Source: Mycobacteriales bacterium (GTDB lineage: Bacteria > Actinomycetota > Actinomycetes > JAFAQI01). From it: a DNA stretch of 64,000 bases. Position numbers and translations under genes: made by a program. Below the pieces are notes generated by a model that made no database searches, was not told the origin of the DNA, and saw only the letters and a list, made by a program, of their open reading frames with translations. Each line of letters begins with the position of its first letter. The stretch's first letter is position 1. Location of the stretch: contig DATAVK010000137.1 in assembly GCA_036267755.1 (NCBI GenBank), forward strand, positions 1,513-65,512, in the 5' to 3' direction. Shown one piece after another: positions 48,085 through 56,243 of this stretch.

Positions 48085-48144
48085 GATTACCTGCGGTCCC
48101 TCATTGCCTGCGGCCCTTCCCGCCCGATTACCTGCGGCCCTTCC
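48085..48144. repeat. Three direct copies of an ~18-nt motif in the intergenic region between the two deaminase-associated paralogues
   Basis: The copies are gattacctgcggtccctc (48085-48102), attgcctgcggcccttcc (48103-48120) and gattacctgcggcccttcc (48126-48144). Confidence 0.8.
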
Positions 48145-48166
48145 CGGGACAGGTGACTACCATGCC

Positions 48167-48664
48167 TCAGCGCGTCGACGCATCCAGCGCCCGGTCGTAG
48201 ACATCGGCGAATCCCAACCGATCAGCGATGGTCAGCAGCATCTCGTCGGCGTACGCATCGAGGTCGGCGAGGACGGCTCCGAGCTCCATCTCACTCAGGC
48301 CGAGGTCGGCGAAGATGGACAGGTCGCCCGCCGGCCACACGTCCTCGAGATCGTCGTCGCCTGGTGTCTGGATGCCGAGATGATCAACGACCTGCCGCGC
48401 CAGGTCCCAGGCGACCGCGGCGGTGACGTCGGAGAGCAGCGCCTGTACGGCGGTACCCCGGACCCGGATCGCGACGAAGAACTCGTCGGCGACGTTCACC
48501 AGCGCGATCGCGCCAGTCTCGCCCGGTTGCTGGCGCAGGACGGCGACGAGGGAGTCCAGGTCGTCGCACACCGTCACCGGAAGCAGCCCAGACTGCCAGA
48601 CGCCGTCCTCCCGGTAGACCAGAACGGCGATGCTGTCCTCGCTGTCGATACCCATCGCGCGCAT
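48167..48664 (-). CDS. tRNA adenosine deaminase-associated protein paralogue
   Basis: 165-aa ORF with the same architecture as 47546..48070: an N-terminal beta-rich part with W/G, then an acidic linker and a helical C-terminus. Confidence 0.7.
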   Translation of the reverse strand: MRAMGIDSEDSIAVLVYREDGVWQSGLLPVTVCDDLDSLVAVLRQQPGETGAIALVNVADEFFVAIRVRGTAVQALLSDVTAAVAWDLARQVVDHLGIQTPGDDDLEDVWPAGDLSIFADLGLSEMELGAVLADLDAYADEMLLTIADRLGFADVYDRALDASTR

Positions 48665-48706
48665 CGTGGCAGATGAGCGGGGAGTTGGGATAGCCCCCGT
48701 CGCGGG

Positions 48707-48883
48707 TCAGTCCTCGGCCGGATCCTCGAGTCCTGCCCCGCCCGGTGTCCCGGTGCCGATCATCGACAGCGTCCACGCTCGCCGACAGGACTGACACCAC
48801 CACGCACCGTGACGGTCGCCGTACGGCTGCAGGTCCTCGTCACCGCAGTACGGGCAGTAGAAGGGGACGGCTCGCTGCGTCAC
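48707..48883 (-). CDS. Small zinc-ribbon protein downstream of sulfite reductase
   Basis: ORF 48707..48916 trimmed to the GTG at 48883, a GTGA overlap with the sirA stop. It reads VTQRAVPFYCPYCGDEDLQPYGDRHGAWWCQSCRRAW (CxxC...CxxC). Confidence 0.6.
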   Translation of the reverse strand: MTQRAVPFYCPYCGDEDLQPYGDRHGAWWCQSCRRAWTLSMIGTGTPGGAGLEDPAED

Positions 48884-50523
48884 TGGACCAGCGACTCGTC
48901 GGCCCGGCGTACCCACGTGGCGAACTGTTCGCCATCCGCCCGATCCGTCGTGTAGTTGCGGAGCACGCGCTCGACGTAGTCGGGGAGCTCATCGGCCGTG
49001 ACCTTCAACCCGCGGAGCTTGCGGCCGAAGCCGGGGTCGAGCCCGAGGGAGCCTCCCAGATGCACCTGGAATCCCTCCTCGTCGCCGATGAGCATGCCCT
49101 TGAGACCGATGTCCGCGACCTGGAACCTGGCGCAGGAGTTGGGGCAGCCGTTGACGTTGATGGTGATCGGAGTGTCGAAGTCGGGGAGCCGTTTGTCGAG
49201 CTCGGCGTAGAGATCGATCGAGCGCGCCTTGGTCTCGACGATGGCGAGCTTGCAGAACTCGATCCCGGTGCAGGCCATCATCCCGCGCCGGAAGACGGAT
49301 GGGCGGACCCGCAGGTCGTGCGCCTCGAGTGCGGCGACGAGCGGCTCGACCTCAGCTTCCGGTACGTCGAGCACCACCATCTTCTGCTGGACCGTCGCCG
49401 CAACGCGGCCGCTGCCGTGTCGATCGGCGAGGTCAGCGACCGCGTGCAGCTCGGAGCCGCTGGTGCGGCCCGATCGCAGCGCGAAGCCGACGTAGTGACG
49501 GCCATCCTGCTGCCGTCGTACGCCGATGTGATCGCGGTCCCGGTCGATGTGAACTGGCGCGGGGCCGTCGGCGAGGCGGCGGCCGAGGAACTCGTCGCTC
49601 TCCAGCACCTCGCGGAACTTCTCCGGGCCCCAGTCGGCGACGAGGAACTTCAGCCGGGCGCGGGTGCGCGAGCGGCGGTACCCGTACTCGCGGAAAACGC
49701 GGGTGACGCCGGCCCACACGTCGATGACGTCGGCCGGCGGGACGAAGACACCGAGCCGGACCGCGAGCTTCGGGTTGGTCGAGAGCCCGCCGCCGACCCA
49801 CAGGTCGTACCCGACCTGGCCGTCCTCGGTCCGGACCCCGACGAAGGAGATGTCGTTGATCTCATGACCGGTGCACTGCACTGGGCAGCCGCTGACCGCG
49901 GTCTTGTACTTGCGGGGGAGGTTTGAGAACTCCTTGTTCCCTACCGCGAACTTGTCGAGGTCGCGCAGGTCGGAGGTCCCGTCGATGATCTCGTCGGCGT
50001 CGACCCCGGCCAGTGGGCAGCCGAGGATGTTGCGGGGGGTGTCACCACACGCCTCCGCCGTGGACAGCCCGATCTCCTCGAGCCGCCGCCAGATCTCCGG
50101 CACATCCTCGATCCGGATCCAGTGCAGCTGGATGTTCTGCCGGTCGGTGACGTCCGCGACGTCACGGCCGAACTCCGTGGCGATCGCGGCGATGACACGC
50201 AGCTGCTCGCTGCTCATCGCGCCGCCGGGGATCCGGACCCGCAACATGAAGTAGGAGTCGTCGAGCTCCTCGGGCTCGAGGATGGCGGTCTTGCCGCCGT
50301 GGATCCCGGGACGGCGCTGGGTGTAGAGGCCCCACCAGCGCATCCGTCCCCGCAGGTCGGCGGGGTCGATCGAGTCGAATCCCTGCTTGGAGTAGATGGT
50401 CTCGATCCGGGCGCGGACGTTGAGACCGTCGTCGTCCTTCTTCATCCGCTCCTGCGGCGTGAGCGGCTCCAGGTGCCCGAGGGCCCACTGGCCCTGACCC
50501 TTGGAGCGAGGCGCTGGTGGCAT
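48880..50523 (-). CDS. sirA: Ferredoxin-dependent sulfite reductase (nitrite/sulfite reductase family, SirA/NirA)
   Basis: 547-aa ORF with the sirohaem-4Fe-4S Cys motifs MACTGIEFCKLA and NGCPNSCARF. Confidence 0.9.
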   Translation of the reverse strand: MPPAPRSKGQGQWALGHLEPLTPQERMKKDDDGLNVRARIETIYSKQGFDSIDPADLRGRMRWWGLYTQRRPGIHGGKTAILEPEELDDSYFMLRVRIPGGAMSSEQLRVIAAIATEFGRDVADVTDRQNIQLHWIRIEDVPEIWRRLEEIGLSTAEACGDTPRNILGCPLAGVDADEIIDGTSDLRDLDKFAVGNKEFSNLPRKYKTAVSGCPVQCTGHEINDISFVGVRTEDGQVGYDLWVGGGLSTNPKLAVRLGVFVPPADVIDVWAGVTRVFREYGYRRSRTRARLKFLVADWGPEKFREVLESDEFLGRRLADGPAPVHIDRDRDHIGVRRQQDGRHYVGFALRSGRTSGSELHAVADLADRHGSGRVAATVQQKMVVLDVPEAEVEPLVAALEAHDLRVRPSVFRRGMMACTGIEFCKLAIVETKARSIDLYAELDKRLPDFDTPITINVNGCPNSCARFQVADIGLKGMLIGDEEGFQVHLGGSLGLDPGFGRKLRGLKVTADELPDYVERVLRNYTTDRADGEQFATWVRRADESLVQ

Positions 50524-50758
50524 GGCGGAGGACTTCCCGATTCGATCGACTAATGAGAAGGCGCGTCTCGCCTGTCGAAACCGGCATCTTTGCCGATGAC
50601 CTCGGGCGCGCCCTTCTGTGGCAGACTACAGGCATGTCCTCACCGTTGCTCCTCGTGGCGCGGCTGCATATCGACCTGCAGCGCATCCAGGGCGCAACGT
50701 GTCGCGCGCGCTGACTTTTCCGCGCCCGCGACCCTTCTCTCCCTGAGGACCATGCGAA

Positions 50759-51508
50759 ATGACCACCCCCGTGGCGACGTCGCCACTGTCTTACCTGCAC
50801 GACGAAGCGTCCCTGCTCCATGAGCTCTACGACGCGTCTGACGGGCTGCCCCACCTCGCCGCGCACGCCGGTGCCGCGCTCGAGGGAGCGCCTGCCTCCG
50901 AGATCCTGCGCTGGGCAGCCGACCGGTTCGGGCAGCGCTTCGCCATCGCGTCGTCGATGGGCGACGGCGTGCTCGCCCACCTCGCGTCGAAGGTCGCGCC
51001 CGGGATCCGGGTGCTGTTCCTCGACACCGGCTACCACTTCGCCGAGACGCTGGGTACGGCGGATGCCGTCGCCGCCACGCTCCCCATCGAGCTGGTCCGG
51101 GTCCGTCCTCACCTGAACGTCGCTGAGCAGGACGCGGCGTTCGGCACCGACCTGTTCGCCCGTGACCCGGACCTGTGCTGCGCGATGCGCAAGGTGGCGC
51201 CGCTGAAGAAGGCACTCGCGCCGTACGTCGCGTGGGGTTCCGGAATCCGCCGCGACGAGAGCGGCACCCGGGCCAACACCCGCGTCGTCGACTGGGACGA
51301 CACCCACCAGATGGTGAAGGTGAGCCCGCTGGCGGCGTGGACGCAGGACGACGTCGACCGCTATGTCGCGGACAACCACGTCATCGTGAACCCGCTCGTG
51401 CAGGAGGGCTACGGCTCGATCGGCTGCGCGCCCTGCACCCAGCGCGGCCAGGGCCGCGACGGCCGTTGGCTCGGCTTGCCGAAGGTGGAGTGCGGCCTGC
51501 ACGGATGA
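50759..51508 (+). CDS. cysH: Adenosine/phosphoadenosine phosphosulfate reductase (Fe-S type CysH)
   Basis: 249-aa ORF with DTGYHFAET, the CC pair (DPDLCCAMRKV) and the C-terminal GCAPCT. Confidence 0.9.
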   Translation: MTTPVATSPLSYLHDEASLLHELYDASDGLPHLAAHAGAALEGAPASEILRWAADRFGQRFAIASSMGDGVLAHLASKVAPGIRVLFLDTGYHFAETLGTADAVAATLPIELVRVRPHLNVAEQDAAFGTDLFARDPDLCCAMRKVAPLKKALAPYVAWGSGIRRDESGTRANTRVVDWDDTHQMVKVSPLAAWTQDDVDRYVADNHVIVNPLVQEGYGSIGCAPCTQRGQGRDGRWLGLPKVECGLHG

Positions 51509-52146
51509 GCACCGGCGCGGCGCCACGACTCGTGATCGCCGCGCACGGCAGCCGCGATCCGGGCTTTGCCGCCGTCGTCGAGGACCTGGCCGGTCAGGTA
51601 CGCCGAGCTCGGCCCGACATCGACGTACGGGTTGGATATCTCGACCACGGCCCGCCGCTCGCTGACGTCGCGACGCCGGGTGCCGTGGTGGTCCCGCTGC
51701 TGCTGTCGAGCGGCTACCACGTCACGGTCGACATCCCGGCGCAGTCCGCCGGCTGCCGGATCGCGGCGGCGGTCGGCCCGGACGATCGACTCGTGACCGT
51801 ACTTCTGTCGCGGTTGCGCGAGGCGGGCTGGACAGCGGGCACGCCCGTCGTTCTCGCGGCGGCGGGCTCCTCTGAGGAGTTGGCGCTTCAACAGGTGCGC
51901 GACATCGGCACCCGACTGGCGGTCAAGCTCCAAGGAGCCTCCGTGACCGTCGCCTTCATCTCCGCCGGCACGCCGTTGCTGTCCGACATCCCGCAGCCCC
52001 AGGCCATCTCGTCGTACCTGCTCGCACCCGGACAGTTCAGCCGGGCCATCGAGAACGCGGGCGCGGCGGTAGTCGGTGCTCCGATCGGCGCGGCTCCAGA
52101 GCTGGCCGAGGTCATCCTCGACCGGTACGCCGAGGCGGCCGGCTAA
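51505..52146 (+). CDS. Sirohydrochlorin chelatase (CbiX/SirB type, Rv2393-like)
   Basis: ORF 51175..52146 trimmed to the ATG at 51505, an ATGA overlap with the cysH stop. It reads LVIAAHGSRDPGF...VVPLLLSSGYHV. Confidence 0.8.
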   Translation: MSTGAAPRLVIAAHGSRDPGFAAVVEDLAGQVRRARPDIDVRVGYLDHGPPLADVATPGAVVVPLLLSSGYHVTVDIPAQSAGCRIAAAVGPDDRLVTVLLSRLREAGWTAGTPVVLAAAGSSEELALQQVRDIGTRLAVKLQGASVTVAFISAGTPLLSDIPQPQAISSYLLAPGQFSRAIENAGAAVVGAPIGAAPELAEVILDRYAEAAG

Positions 52147-52155
52147 GAGCTTCGG

Positions 52156-53325
52156 TCAGCCGGGCCGGACGGCACCGATGTAGTCGGAGCGGTCGTAGGG
52201 CTCGACCCTGACGTCCGCGCCGGTGAACGGAGCGTCGATCATGTTGCCGCCGCCGACGTAGATGCCGACGTGGTGGATCGTCGACGCGTTGTGCACGTTG
52301 TAGGCGAAGAACACCAGGTCCCCCGGCTCCAGCTGGGACTGCGAGACGTGCGTGCCCTCGTTCCACTGGTCACCGGTGAAGTGACCCAGTGCGACACCGG
52401 CCTTGCCCCAGACGTACATCGTGAGACCCGAGCAGTCGAACGAGTTCGGTCCGGCGGCCGCCCAGACGTAGGGCTTGCCCAGCTCCCGGTAGGCCCACTC
52501 GACGGCGACCTTCGCGCCACCGGAGGCCGCGACCGGACCGGACGAGACTGGCGCCGGCGCGGGTGCGGGTGCCGGCGCTTGTGCCGGCGGAGCGGAGCGG
52601 AGCTGTTCCGCGGCACGGCGCTCAGCTATCTGCTGGGCCGCCAGCGCGGCAGCCCGTCGTTCCGCGGCGAGCCGGGCTCGCCGAGCCTTCGCTGCCTTGA
52701 TGATGGCGCGCTCCTTGGCACGCAGCTGCCCGAGCAGGCGCTCGGCCTGGGCCGCGGCCGACAGGATCTGGCTGCGGGCGGCCGCCACTGCCTTCACGTC
52801 CGCCTGCTGAGCCGCGAGCGCCGCACTCGACGTGGCCTTGGCTTCCTCTTCCGCGCGACGGGCAGCGGCCACCTCGACGAGCTTCGCGGCCTGGCTCTCG
52901 CTGACCGCCTGCAGCGACGTCATCCGGGAGACCATCAGTCCGGCCGAGCCGGTGTCGGTCAGGGTCAGCAACGGGTTGATGGTGTCCCCGCGGTATGCCG
53001 CAACAGCGAACGCGGTGACCGACTTCTGCAATGCGTTGGCCTTTGTCTCGGCCTTGGCCAAGGCCTGCTGCGCGATGGCGGCGGTCTGCTGGGCAGTGGC
53101 CAGCTTGTCGCGCGCTGCGTCGTACCGCTCGCTGGCCGCCTCGACCTTGACGTTGAGGACACGCAGCCGGTGCTGCACCGAGCCGATCCGTGCCTTGACG
53201 GTCCCGACGGACCCGCCGTTGGCCGCGACTGACGGCGGCGCGAAGGCGAGAGCTCCCGACGTGAGGCAGGCGGATGTGGCGGTGAGTGCCACAACGAGAC
53301 GCAACGTGAGGGGGGCTCGGCGCAC
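52156..53325 (-). CDS. NlpC/P60 (C40) peptidoglycan endopeptidase with N-terminal coiled coil (RipA-like)
   Basis: 389-aa ORF (GTG start) with a signal peptide, a long Ala/Gln/Lys coiled coil, and the catalytic FDCSGLTMYVW ... IHHVGIYVGGG. Confidence 0.9.
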   Translation of the reverse strand: MRRAPLTLRLVVALTATSACLTSGALAFAPPSVAANGGSVGTVKARIGSVQHRLRVLNVKVEAASERYDAARDKLATAQQTAAIAQQALAKAETKANALQKSVTAFAVAAYRGDTINPLLTLTDTGSAGLMVSRMTSLQAVSESQAAKLVEVAAARRAEEEAKATSSAALAAQQADVKAVAAARSQILSAAAQAERLLGQLRAKERAIIKAAKARRARLAAERRAAALAAQQIAERRAAEQLRSAPPAQAPAPAPAPAPVSSGPVAASGGAKVAVEWAYRELGKPYVWAAAGPNSFDCSGLTMYVWGKAGVALGHFTGDQWNEGTHVSQSQLEPGDLVFFAYNVHNASTIHHVGIYVGGGNMIDAPFTGADVRVEPYDRSDYIGAVRPG

Positions 53326-53344
53326 TCGGGCGGCCTCTCTTCCA

Positions 53345-53490
53345 TCAACCGCCTACCGGGTCAGCTGTCGGGTTCGGGCTGGAAGCGCCCTACGGTGCCG
53401 TGTCGCCACGACCCCGATTCACCCCTGGGGAACGGGTCCCCGGCTTCGGTGTCCGCGGGGACGAACACCAGAACTCGGCGATCACCGCCT
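53345..53490 (-). promoter_or_regulatory. ydaO/yuaA-type c-di-AMP riboswitch in the leader of the NlpC/P60 gene
   Basis: The minus strand reads ...AUCGCCGAGUUCUGG...GCCGGGGACCCGU...CAGGGGUGAAUCGGGG...CUUCCAGCCCGAACCCGACAGCUGACCCGGUAGGCGG. These are the same blocks as at 39941-40104. It ends ~24 nt before the GTG at 53325, with ggaagagagg as RBS. Confidence 0.75.
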
Positions 53491-53722
53491 CGTCGCCACC
53501 CCGGGGAAGGACGGCAGGTCACGCGACGGTTAAGGCACCGTAACCGTCCGCACCCGGATGGCACAAGCAACCCCGCCGTCGGCCGCCGATCGAGACTGGA
53601 AACGGCCCCAAGTGAGCGGCACATGGCGGCAATGTGAAGGCTTGACGGCTCCGCCGCGCGTCCGCGTGATCACCGCCTAACGTCGGCGGCGTCCGAGCCC
53701 ACCGAGACGTCCAGGAGTCGCT

Positions 53723-54844
53723 GTGACCCGCCGGGGCCTGCCCTCCCGACGTGGCGCGCTGATAGCTACTGGCTCGCCGCTAGCGATCGCGGCGACGCTC
53801 GCGTTGGCTTCGACACACTCTGGCGGGAGCGCAGCCCGGCTCGACACGACGGTCAAGGACGTCGCCGGCCCGCATTTTCCGTTGCCGCCGTTCGCCGCCA
53901 CTCCGACCGTGGTCCCGCTGGACCGCACGGTCACAGTGCGCATCCGGCCACGCCACCAGCCGCCGGCCACTGCCAAGGGGGCGGCGCTTCCGACCACGCT
54001 CAATGTCACCAACGAGCAGATACCGCGCCGCGTGCTCGCGGCGTACGTCAATGCCGCCATGATCGCTGACCGGCGCAACCCCAACTGTGGGCTGTCGTGG
54101 CAGATCCTCGCCGGGATCGGGTACGTCGAGTCGGACAACGCGCGCTCGGGGGGATCCGGTGCGCCCCAATGGGATGGCGAGGCTTCGCCACACATCCTCG
54201 GCCCGGTGCTGGACGGCAAGGGAAAGGTCGCCGCGATTCCGGACACCGACGGCGGTCGTCTCGACGGGAACGCCACGTGGGACCGGGCGGTAGGGCCGAT
54301 GCAGTTCCTGCCGTCCACTTGGGCGGAGTACGCGGCCGATGGCAACCACGACGGCGTCAAGGACCCAGAACAGATCGACGACGCCACCCTCGCGGCCGGC
54401 GACTACCTGTGTGCGGCAGGGTCGAGACTGGCGCGTCCCCTTCAGCTGATCCGTGCCGTGCTGTCCTACAACCACTCGATCGCCTACGTCCGCGACGTCC
54501 TCACCGTGGCCGCGCACTATCAGGGCATCGACCCCAAGAAGTTGGGAATCGGGCTGCTCCCACATCGCCACCACAAGCACCGCGGTCGGCGCCATGGCAA
54601 GCATCGCCACGGGCTTGGGAAGCCGCGCCTCACACCGACGCCGACTCCCTCTGGCGGTCCACCGACTGTGCCACTGCCGACGCCAACACCGACGCCGACG
54701 GACACCGCGGTTCCGACCCCGAGTGCCACGGGTTCACCGAGTCCCTCGGCGACGCCGGATCCGAGCCACTCACTTACGCCGTCGCCGAGCAGCGCGCCTA
54801 CCGACACGCCGACCGACGATCCGTCCGCGACACCGACATCCTGA
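53723..54844 (+). CDS. Secreted lytic murein transglycosylase (MltB/SLT_2-like) with His-rich and Pro/Thr-rich tail
   Basis: 373-aa ORF (GTG start) with a signal, the core LAGIGYVESDNARSGG...GPMQFLPSTWAEYAADGNHDG...DATLAAGDYLC, then HRHHKHRGRRHGKHRH and a PTPTPT tail. Confidence 0.8.
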   Translation: MTRRGLPSRRGALIATGSPLAIAATLALASTHSGGSAARLDTTVKDVAGPHFPLPPFAATPTVVPLDRTVTVRIRPRHQPPATAKGAALPTTLNVTNEQIPRRVLAAYVNAAMIADRRNPNCGLSWQILAGIGYVESDNARSGGSGAPQWDGEASPHILGPVLDGKGKVAAIPDTDGGRLDGNATWDRAVGPMQFLPSTWAEYAADGNHDGVKDPEQIDDATLAAGDYLCAAGSRLARPLQLIRAVLSYNHSIAYVRDVLTVAAHYQGIDPKKLGIGLLPHRHHKHRGRRHGKHRHGLGKPRLTPTPTPSGGPPTVPLPTPTPTPTDTAVPTPSATGSPSPSATPDPSHSLTPSPSSAPTDTPTDDPSATPTS

Positions 54845-54871
54845 CGGACGCAGGCCACGCAAGACAACGAA

Positions 54872-54901
54872 GGAGGGGCGACCCGATCGGGCCGCCCCTC
54901 C
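54872..54901. terminator. Bidirectional terminator hairpin between the transglycosylase gene and the surface cluster
   Basis: ggaggggcg-a-cccga|tcggg-c-cgcccctcc forms a 14-bp stem with one mismatch. On the + strand it is followed by attattcgtt. Confidence 0.6.
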
Positions 54902-54925
54902 ATTATTCGTTGACGGCTCAAGTCG

Positions 54926-56116
54926 TCACTTCTTCTTGACCGTCACGCTCTTCGACTTGGCTGTTGCTGACTTGTAATGCGCGCGCTTCGCGGTGACGCG
55001 GCAGGACAGCTTCTTGCCCACCTCAGACGTCTTGAGGGTGATGGACGACTTCGTCGCCTTCTTGATCTTCTTGGAGCCGAGGTACCACTGGTAGCTGTAC
55101 GACGTCGCCTTCGGCGACCAGCTGCCCTTGCTGACCTTCTCCTTCTTACCGGCCTTGTGGGATCCGGAGAGCTTCGGCTTGGCCGTGTTGGTCAACGCGA
55201 CCTCTACGACAGTGAGCTTGGTTGCCTTGGAGACCGATGCGGCGAACAACGAACTGGTCGGGGTGAATGTTGCCGTGATCGAGTGCCTGCCCGGCAGCAG
55301 CGACGATGTCGTCAAGGTCGCGACGCCGGTCGTCTTGACCGTGACGGCCTTCCCGAGCTTCTTGCCGCTGTCCGCGAACTGCACGCTGCCGGCCGGGTGA
55401 CTACTGCCTGCCGCCTCGGTAGCGGTCAGGGTGACTTTCTTGCCTTCCTTGACCGATCCGGACGGCGACACCTTGAGCGAGGTGCTCGTGGCCGTCGCGA
55501 CTCCCGGGAACGTCTCGGTCCAGGTGCCTCCCGTGACGGCGCCACCGCTCGTCGTGATGTTGCTCACCACGATGTCCAGTGACTGATAGGTGCCGTTGGT
55601 GGAGGTCTTGACCCGGAGCTGATAGGCGTTGCCGTAGCCGTCGGTCGTGCTGGTGTCGGTGTTGGCAACATCGTCGATGTACGACGCGATGCTCTCGTCG
55701 GTGTCGTGTCCCGTAACGACCGGGCCCTTTGCGCTCTTCACGACTGCGGGGGCGCCCGAGTTCGTGACGGGGTAGGGCGTTGACACGGTCAGCTGCTCAC
55801 CGGGCCACGCGCTCGGCGCCAGGCCGTTGTGCGGGGTGTACATGTACGCGGTGGCCTTGGGGTGAGCCGTGTCCGCCTTCGACCCGACGATGTACGCGAC
55901 AGTCGGTGAGTCCATGACGCTGCCGGTCGTTACCTGGGTGCCGCTGCTGTTGTACAGCGCAAGGGTTCCGACCTCATTCACGTCCCTCGTCGCGCCGACC
56001 TCCCAGGGTGGTGGCGTGCTTCCTGAGGCGTTGGACGCGACCAATGTGGCGCCACCGGAGAACAGGAGTGTCGCTGCACCCACGGCGGCGATGGACCGAG
56101 TTACTGCGCGTGTCAT
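54926..56116 (-). CDS. Secreted surface protein: shared N-terminal domain + bacterial Ig-like domain + Lys-rich C-terminal repeat domain
   Basis: ORF 54926..56149 trimmed to the ATG at 56116, with gaaaggg upstream. It has a signal peptide and an N-domain ~55% identical by eye to that of 58280..60049. The Ig-like repeat reads VTLTATEAAGSSHPAGSVQFADSGKKLG...GRHSITATFTPTS. The C-terminus reads SWSPKATSYSYQWYLGSKKIKKAT... Confidence 0.75.
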   Translation of the reverse strand: MTRAVTRSIAAVGAATLLFSGGATLVASNASGSTPPPWEVGATRDVNEVGTLALYNSSGTQVTTGSVMDSPTVAYIVGSKADTAHPKATAYMYTPHNGLAPSAWPGEQLTVSTPYPVTNSGAPAVVKSAKGPVVTGHDTDESIASYIDDVANTDTSTTDGYGNAYQLRVKTSTNGTYQSLDIVVSNITTSGGAVTGGTWTETFPGVATATSTSLKVSPSGSVKEGKKVTLTATEAAGSSHPAGSVQFADSGKKLGKAVTVKTTGVATLTTSSLLPGRHSITATFTPTSSLFAASVSKATKLTVVEVALTNTAKPKLSGSHKAGKKEKVSKGSWSPKATSYSYQWYLGSKKIKKATKSSITLKTSEVGKKLSCRVTAKRAHYKSATAKSKSVTVKKK

Positions 56117-56243
56117 CGAGGCCCTTTCGGCTGACTCGGATAAGTACATGGTCGACTAGAACGTAGGTCCGAAAGCTGTCGTGAACACCGCACGAGTGCA
56201 CCGTTCACGGCGTCTTCATGTGGCGTACACGGACGCCTGTTCC

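Noticed and set aside
48085-48144. The triple direct repeat as a miniature CRISPR array.
   Set aside because: There are only three copies of ~18 nt, two of them contiguous with no spacer, and no cas genes anywhere in the window.
50524-50758. A regulatory leader or small ORF (26 codons from the ATG at 50632, MSSPLLLVARLHIDLQRIQGATCRAR) in the divergent sirA-cysH intergenic region.
   Set aside because: There is no recognisable riboswitch blocks, no convincing RBS and no Cys/Met-rich leader logic. It is most simply a shared divergent promoter region. This cannot be settled without expression data.
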